Part shown: in pieces, positions 59,683 through 64,000 of the stretch
Layout: every line of letters begins with the position of its first letter
Position numbering within the stretch: position 1 is the stretch's first letter
Source: an uncultured Ruminococcus sp.
GTDB lineage: Bacteria > Bacillota > Clostridia > Oscillospirales > Ruminococcaceae
NCBI GenBank assembly: GCA_947629455.1
Contig: CANRDT010000006.1
Location: forward strand, 18,476-82,475
DNA length: 64,000 nt
Direction of reading: 5' to 3'
Notes under the pieces: model-generated
Told to the model about the DNA's origin: nothing
The model's database searches: none
What the model saw: the letters and a program-made list of their open reading frames with translations, nothing else
Position numbers and translations under genes: made by a program

Positions 59683-60414
59683 TCACGCTCTTTTCTGCAT
59701 AGCGTTTCGCAGCGCTCTCAGCTCGTCGGAAGTAAGCTCCCGATAAGCTCCCGGTTTCAGCATACCCAGCCGCAGAGGACCGATAGCAGTGCGTTTGAGC
59801 CGTGCCACCTCAAGACCGACAGCCTCGCACATTTTCCTGATCTGGCGGTTCCTGCCCTCGTGGATAGTCATTTGCAGCACGACGCGTCCCGGCTGCTTGT
59901 CCAGCACCAGTACCGAACATTCGCCCGTTTTTCTGCCGTCAATGACGATGCCCTCCGTCAGCCGTGTAAGCTGCTCGTCGCTTATATCCGGACGCACGGT
60001 CACACGGTAAGTTTTGGAGATGTGGCGCGACGGGTGCATAATATCGTTTGCAAATCCGCCGTCATTGGTAAAAAGCAGCAGACCTTCCGAATTGCGGTCA
60101 AGCCGTCCTACCGGATAAACTCTTTCGGGAAGATCTTTAAGCAGATCGGTAACACAGCGGCGGTCGAGTTCGTCTTTCATGGTGGTGACGTAACCCCTCG
60201 GCTTGTTGAGCATTATGTAGCAGAGCTTTTTCTTTTTCTGCGCCGTAATGTTCTTGCCGTCCACTGCAATGAGATCGCTCGGAGCGGCTTTATCTCCCAG
60301 AGAGCAAGGTCTGCCGTTTACCGTGACCTTTCCCCGGGAGATGAGTTCCTCCGCTTTGCGGCGTGAACACAGTCCGCTGTCGGCTATGATCTTCTGTATG
60401 CGTATTTTTTCCAT
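59683..60414 (-). CDS. rluB: 23S rRNA pseudouridine synthase (RluB-like)
   Basis: S4 domain, NKPRG, GRLD, EGRNRQIR. Confidence 0.93.
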   Translation of the reverse strand: MEKIRIQKIIADSGLCSRRKAEELISRGKVTVNGRPCSLGDKAAPSDLIAVDGKNITAQKKKKLCYIMLNKPRGYVTTMKDELDRRCVTDLLKDLPERVYPVGRLDRNSEGLLLFTNDGGFANDIMHPSRHISKTYRVTVRPDISDEQLTRLTEGIVIDGRKTGECSVLVLDKQPGRVVLQMTIHEGRNRQIRKMCEAVGLEVARLKRTAIGPLRLGMLKPGAYRELTSDELRALRNAMQKRA

Positions 60415-60451
60415 AATGTCCTCCTGCAAAGCGTGTGTCAAAATCGCCGCG

Positions 60452-61609
60452 TTACGCGCCCAGAACGCAGCGTATCTTGTCAAAATAAAATTCAAAGAAT
60501 CCCTTTTTGCGGGGCAAAGTTTTTCTCACGGCACATTCCGCGGTGAGTATCTCCGTTTCGGCAAGCTTTTCGCCGTAGAGGTAGTATTCCACTCTGCCGA
60601 CTGCGGCGTTTTCCGCCGCCGGAGCGTAAATAAACCTCGGCAGATACACCCTGCACTCCACCTGCGGCAGCTGTTCCGCCCTCAGAAAGACGGTCGTTTT
60701 CTGCGCCTTGCAGAGTATGGTATCTCCGCAGCCGCCGACTATCGGTACTTCAAAGCTGTCATTGTCAAGGGGAAGAGACTGCGGCGACAAAAGTGAAAAT
60801 CCGTAATCGTAAAGTCTGCTGTGATCGAACCAGTCGTCGGGATCGTTTAGCGTCACGCATATCAGCCGTGCGCCGTTTCTCTCGCAGGCGGATACCAGGC
60901 AGCGCCTTGCCTTGTCGGTAAAGCCCGTCTTTACGCCGATAACGCCGTCGCACTGAACAAGCAGCTTGTTGGTATTGGTGAGCCACCTTTCATACGGCGG
61001 TGCGCCGAATTTCACCTTGGCGGTCTTTTTGCCGCAGATCTCGCGGAATGTATCGTTATTCATTGCCTGACGGGTAAGCTCTGCCATATCCGCCGCCGTG
61101 GAATAATGGTCGTCGGTATTGTCGTCCAGTCCCGACGGCGTAACGAAATGGGTATTTTCAAGTCCCATTTCCGCAGCGCGGTCGTTCATTAGCTGCACAA
61201 ACCCCTCGATACTGCCTGCTACCCGTACCGCCGTGGCGTTGGCGGCGTCATTTCCGCTCGGGAGGAGCATACCGTGCAGCAGCGCACGGAGGGAAACCGT
61301 ATCCCCCTCTTTAAGTCCCATAGACGAGCCTTCCACCTTTATTGCCTCGCTGTCAACGACAAATTCCTCGTCCAGATCGTCCGAAAGCTCTATAGCCAAC
61401 AGAGCGGACATAATTTTCGTCGTGCTTGCCATGGGCAGACGCTCGTCTGCGTTTTTTTCAAAAATGATCTCTCCCGTGCGCGCGTCCATAAGCACTGCGC
61501 CCTTTGCGCCCACTTCGGAAGTTTCGATAGCGTGAGCCGTCGCCGCATATCCCGCAAATGAATACACCGCAGCGGCAGCCGCGCATAAAAATCCAAGAAA
61601 TTTCTTCAT
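60452..61609 (-). CDS. dacB: D-alanyl-D-alanine carboxypeptidase (S11)
   Basis: ASTTK, SGN, KTG motifs; signal peptide; scpB-ytfJ-dacB context. Confidence 0.88.
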   Translation of the reverse strand: MKKFLGFLCAAAAAVYSFAGYAATAHAIETSEVGAKGAVLMDARTGEIIFEKNADERLPMASTTKIMSALLAIELSDDLDEEFVVDSEAIKVEGSSMGLKEGDTVSLRALLHGMLLPSGNDAANATAVRVAGSIEGFVQLMNDRAAEMGLENTHFVTPSGLDDNTDDHYSTAADMAELTRQAMNNDTFREICGKKTAKVKFGAPPYERWLTNTNKLLVQCDGVIGVKTGFTDKARRCLVSACERNGARLICVTLNDPDDWFDHSRLYDYGFSLLSPQSLPLDNDSFEVPIVGGCGDTILCKAQKTTVFLRAEQLPQVECRVYLPRFIYAPAAENAAVGRVEYYLYGEKLAETEILTAECAVRKTLPRKKGFFEFYFDKIRCVLGA

Positions 61610-61718
61610 AAAACACCTCTGCACATACCGGCGAACGCCGGTCAATTTCAGTATAAAAAGCTTACTTATCTATATTGTGCAAAAGTGCGTTATTAATTCT
61701 TTGCGCCGAGCAGGTAAA

Positions 61719-62126
61719 TTACTCCTCGTCAAGATCGGGATCGGGAGCTTTTTTGCCTGTTTTCTTATCCACAAAGTCGATTATCTTGTCTACTACTTCG
61801 GGAACGGTGTTTACGACAGCGTTCTGATATGAAGTATTCGTAGTCATCTGGAGCAGCTTGGTCTCTCCGTTGTGGACGACGATAAACGCCATCGGCTGGA
61901 TAGTGATACCTGCACCCGAGCCGCCGCCGAACTGATCTTTGGGGGATTTGGTAGGCAGATCGGAGCCGCCCGATGCAAATCCGAAAGAAACCTTTGAAAC
62001 GGGAATGATCGTCGTGCCGTCGGCAGTGACGATAGGCTTTCCTATCACGGTCTCACACTCGGTCATCTCGCGGATCTTTTCCATTGCGGTCTTCACCAGA
62101 GATTCAAGCTTAGTATTATCGCTCAT
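61719..62126 (-). CDS. ytfJ: Sporulation protein YtfJ (GerW)
   Basis: IIPVSKVSFGFASGG, FGGGSGAG...P.AF. Confidence 0.93.
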   Translation of the reverse strand: MSDNTKLESLVKTAMEKIREMTECETVIGKPIVTADGTTIIPVSKVSFGFASGGSDLPTKSPKDQFGGGSGAGITIQPMAFIVVHNGETKLLQMTTNTSYQNAVVNTVPEVVDKIIDFVDKKTGKKAPDPDLDEE

Positions 62127-62141
62127 AAAAAACGTCCTTTC

Positions 62142-63110
62142 TCACACGGCGGTCGCCGCTTGATTTATATTTTCGGCAGACTGAGAATTTTTGGTCTGCA
62201 TATTTTTATTTTCCCTCTTGCGCTTTCTCTTTTCACGCAAAAGAATTATAAGGAAATTCACGCCCGTACATACTGCCAGAGCGATCACTGCGCTCGGTCT
62301 TACTCTTACATAAGTAGAAAATTCTCCGCCTATAGTATTTTTGCCGAAAACGCAGTCCACGGCGGCTCTCTTTATCTTTACCGTAAAGATGTTTGCCAGA
62401 TTGCCGAGCAGTCCGAACATTGCCGCCTGTATCGCGCCGTAGTATATGACAGCCTCGTGCGCGTCGAATCTTCCTACGCTGACATACGCGTTCAGATCTT
62501 CAAACCGCACCGTTTTGAGCAGCTTTTTAAAGCTTTTCCACGCAAGCGGTATATACGGTCTGACCTTCTGATATTTCGATTTGAGAGAAGAAAACAAGCC
62601 TTCCTTTTTCTTTCCTGAACTATCCTCTTTTTTGGACTTTGCTTTCTTCGCGCCCTTTTCTTTCTTTTTCGCAGCGCGCTTTTCTTTATGTGCTTTTTCC
62701 TCCTGCGCGGGCGGAGCAGGCTCTTGCGTATCTTCATTTTCTGCGGTGTCTTGTTCCGCACTGTCTTGCGCACTGTCGGCGTTTATCTCTTCAGTATTTT
62801 GCAGGATACTTGTATCATGATCTGCGCTTTCCTGCGAACTTGCGCTGCCGCCGTCCTGCTGCTCACTATCCTTGACAATGGAGAGATCGTCCGCCGCAAT
62901 GTCCTCGGCAAATTTTTCCTCTCCGTGAAGAATATCCTCAGCGGCAGAAGCACCCGGCGAACCGTCAGGCTTTTTCGGTCGGGGATATACCGTAAATCCC
63001 AGATATTTCACTCTGAATTTAAATCCGCTCTTGTCCGCGCTGACATAAACGGTAACGGAAAAGTGGAGAAGTATCACAATAAATGCAATAATTCCCAATA
63101 TTATCCACAA
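62142..63110 (-). CDS. YtfI/DUF2953-like protein with low-complexity insert
   Basis: N-terminal TM; DAHEAVIYYG motif; upstream of ytfJ. Confidence 0.7.
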   Translation of the reverse strand: MWIILGIIAFIVILLHFSVTVYVSADKSGFKFRVKYLGFTVYPRPKKPDGSPGASAAEDILHGEEKFAEDIAADDLSIVKDSEQQDGGSASSQESADHDTSILQNTEEINADSAQDSAEQDTAENEDTQEPAPPAQEEKAHKEKRAAKKKEKGAKKAKSKKEDSSGKKKEGLFSSLKSKYQKVRPYIPLAWKSFKKLLKTVRFEDLNAYVSVGRFDAHEAVIYYGAIQAAMFGLLGNLANIFTVKIKRAAVDCVFGKNTIGGEFSTYVRVRPSAVIALAVCTGVNFLIILLREKRKRKRENKNMQTKNSQSAENINQAATAV

Positions 63111-63159
63111 TGCAATTATTGCGATCAGCTCCTTTACGTCAGAATAGGCGGTCGGCTCG

Positions 63160-63726
63160 TTATTGCTCCGCTGCGTCGGCTGCGGCGGTCACCTCGTCCA
63201 TAGTCACCTGCGATCGCTGTTCAGGCAGCGGCGGCAGTTCCTCGAGCGATGATATCCCAAAAGCTCTCAGGAAAGCCTCGGTAGTCTTATAGGCGATAGG
63301 TCTGCCCGGAAGATCGAGCCTGCCTGCCTCGGTGAGCAGTTTTTTCTCAACGAGCGAATTGACCGTGCCGGAGGAATCCACTCCGCGCACACGCTCGATG
63401 AAAGACTTCGTCACAGGCTGATTGTAAGCCACTACCGTTAGGACTTCCATAGCGGCAGGCGAAAGAGCGGTATTTTTCTTGATCTCGAGGGCATTTTTAA
63501 TATAGGGGGCAAACTGCTTTTTCGTGGCGAGCTGGTAGTGATCGTTGAGCCGCAGCAGTTCGATACCGCTGTCAGCCGACTGATATTTGCGCACAAGTGC
63601 GGCGATAACTCCGCGCAGCTCGATCCTGTCCATTCCGGCAGCGACAGCCAGCTTGTCCTCCTCGACAGGGTCGCCCCCTGCAAAAAGTATTGCCTCAACG
63701 AGGGCGAGTTTTTCATCTTGATCCAT
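63160..63726 (-). CDS. scpB: SMC-Scp subunit ScpB
   Basis: EAILF, LS.AAMEVL..VAY.QPVT, RGVDS, GRP..Y.TT..FL..FG. Confidence 0.96.
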   Translation of the reverse strand: MDQDEKLALVEAILFAGGDPVEEDKLAVAAGMDRIELRGVIAALVRKYQSADSGIELLRLNDHYQLATKKQFAPYIKNALEIKKNTALSPAAMEVLTVVAYNQPVTKSFIERVRGVDSSGTVNSLVEKKLLTEAGRLDLPGRPIAYKTTEAFLRAFGISSLEELPPLPEQRSQVTMDEVTAAADAAEQ

Positions 63727-63745
63727 ATTTTACGTTCCTTTGATG

Positions 63746-64000
63746 TCATTTTACGTTTACTCCGAACCGCCAGCGGCTGAGCGGAAAGGAGCCGTACCAA
63801 TAGTATCTGCCAGTTCTCCAGAAATTATATTTCATTCTGCCGCATTTATCTTCGTCAATTTCTTTTTCAAAGTTCTGCGGCGCGTTTTCCTCCTCCTGCG
63901 CAGGAAAATTATCCTCCTGCGGTATCATCGGAGCGGAGGCTGCCACGGCTGCGGCGTCAAAAGGATATTCCGCACAAATGCGTATATCCGCAGAGCGTTC
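63746..64000 (-). CDS. C-terminus of gene upstream of scpB, probably ScpA (truncated by window)
   Basis: Frame open to 64000; identity inferred from position only. Confidence 0.5.
   Translation of the reverse strand, partial: ERSADIRICAEYPFDAAAVAASAPMIPQEDNFPAQEEENAPQNFEKEIDEDKCGRMKYNFWRTGRYYWYGSFPLSRWRFGVNVK

Noticed and set aside
62580-62960. Low-complexity acidic/lysine-rich stretch as a separate element
   Set aside because: In-frame disordered linker of the YtfI-like gene

Overview
A 64 kb chromosomal segment of a spore-forming clostridial bacterium, probably Ruminococcus/Oscillospiraceae-like (gpr, ytfJ, dacB, sigma-A promoters, Firmicutes-type RBSs). Housekeeping genes include recA-recX, prmC, citrate synthase, gdhA, pyrE, birA, punA-mtnA, a TrpB2-like enzyme, rimM-trmD, ptsH, rpsT and scpB-rluB. 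Accessory blocks are an ABC-DUF1854-ABC module, a lipoprotein plus two-component system, a type IV pilus locus (pilC, fused pilMN, pilO, three large minor pilins, pilD, pilB, pilT; no major pilin here) and an envelope-stress cluster (DUF1836-SPFH, two membrane proteins, PspA, a GIDE-domain protein, GT2-YfhO). The most unusual signals are four: (1) a family of modular, hairpin-rich intergenic repeats, several sharing an AATCAATTTT end motif, plus a ~340 nt multi-hairpin element with compensatory base changes; (2) a probable unannotated sRNA after pyrE; (3) the PspA/GIDE/SPFH cluster, in which one membrane protein carries a PspA-helix-5-like N-terminus; (4) a stalked minor pilin with an AT-rich tip. 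I saw no CRISPR array, rRNA, tRNA, transposase or integrase. All family assignments come from motif recognition by eye, not from database searches.
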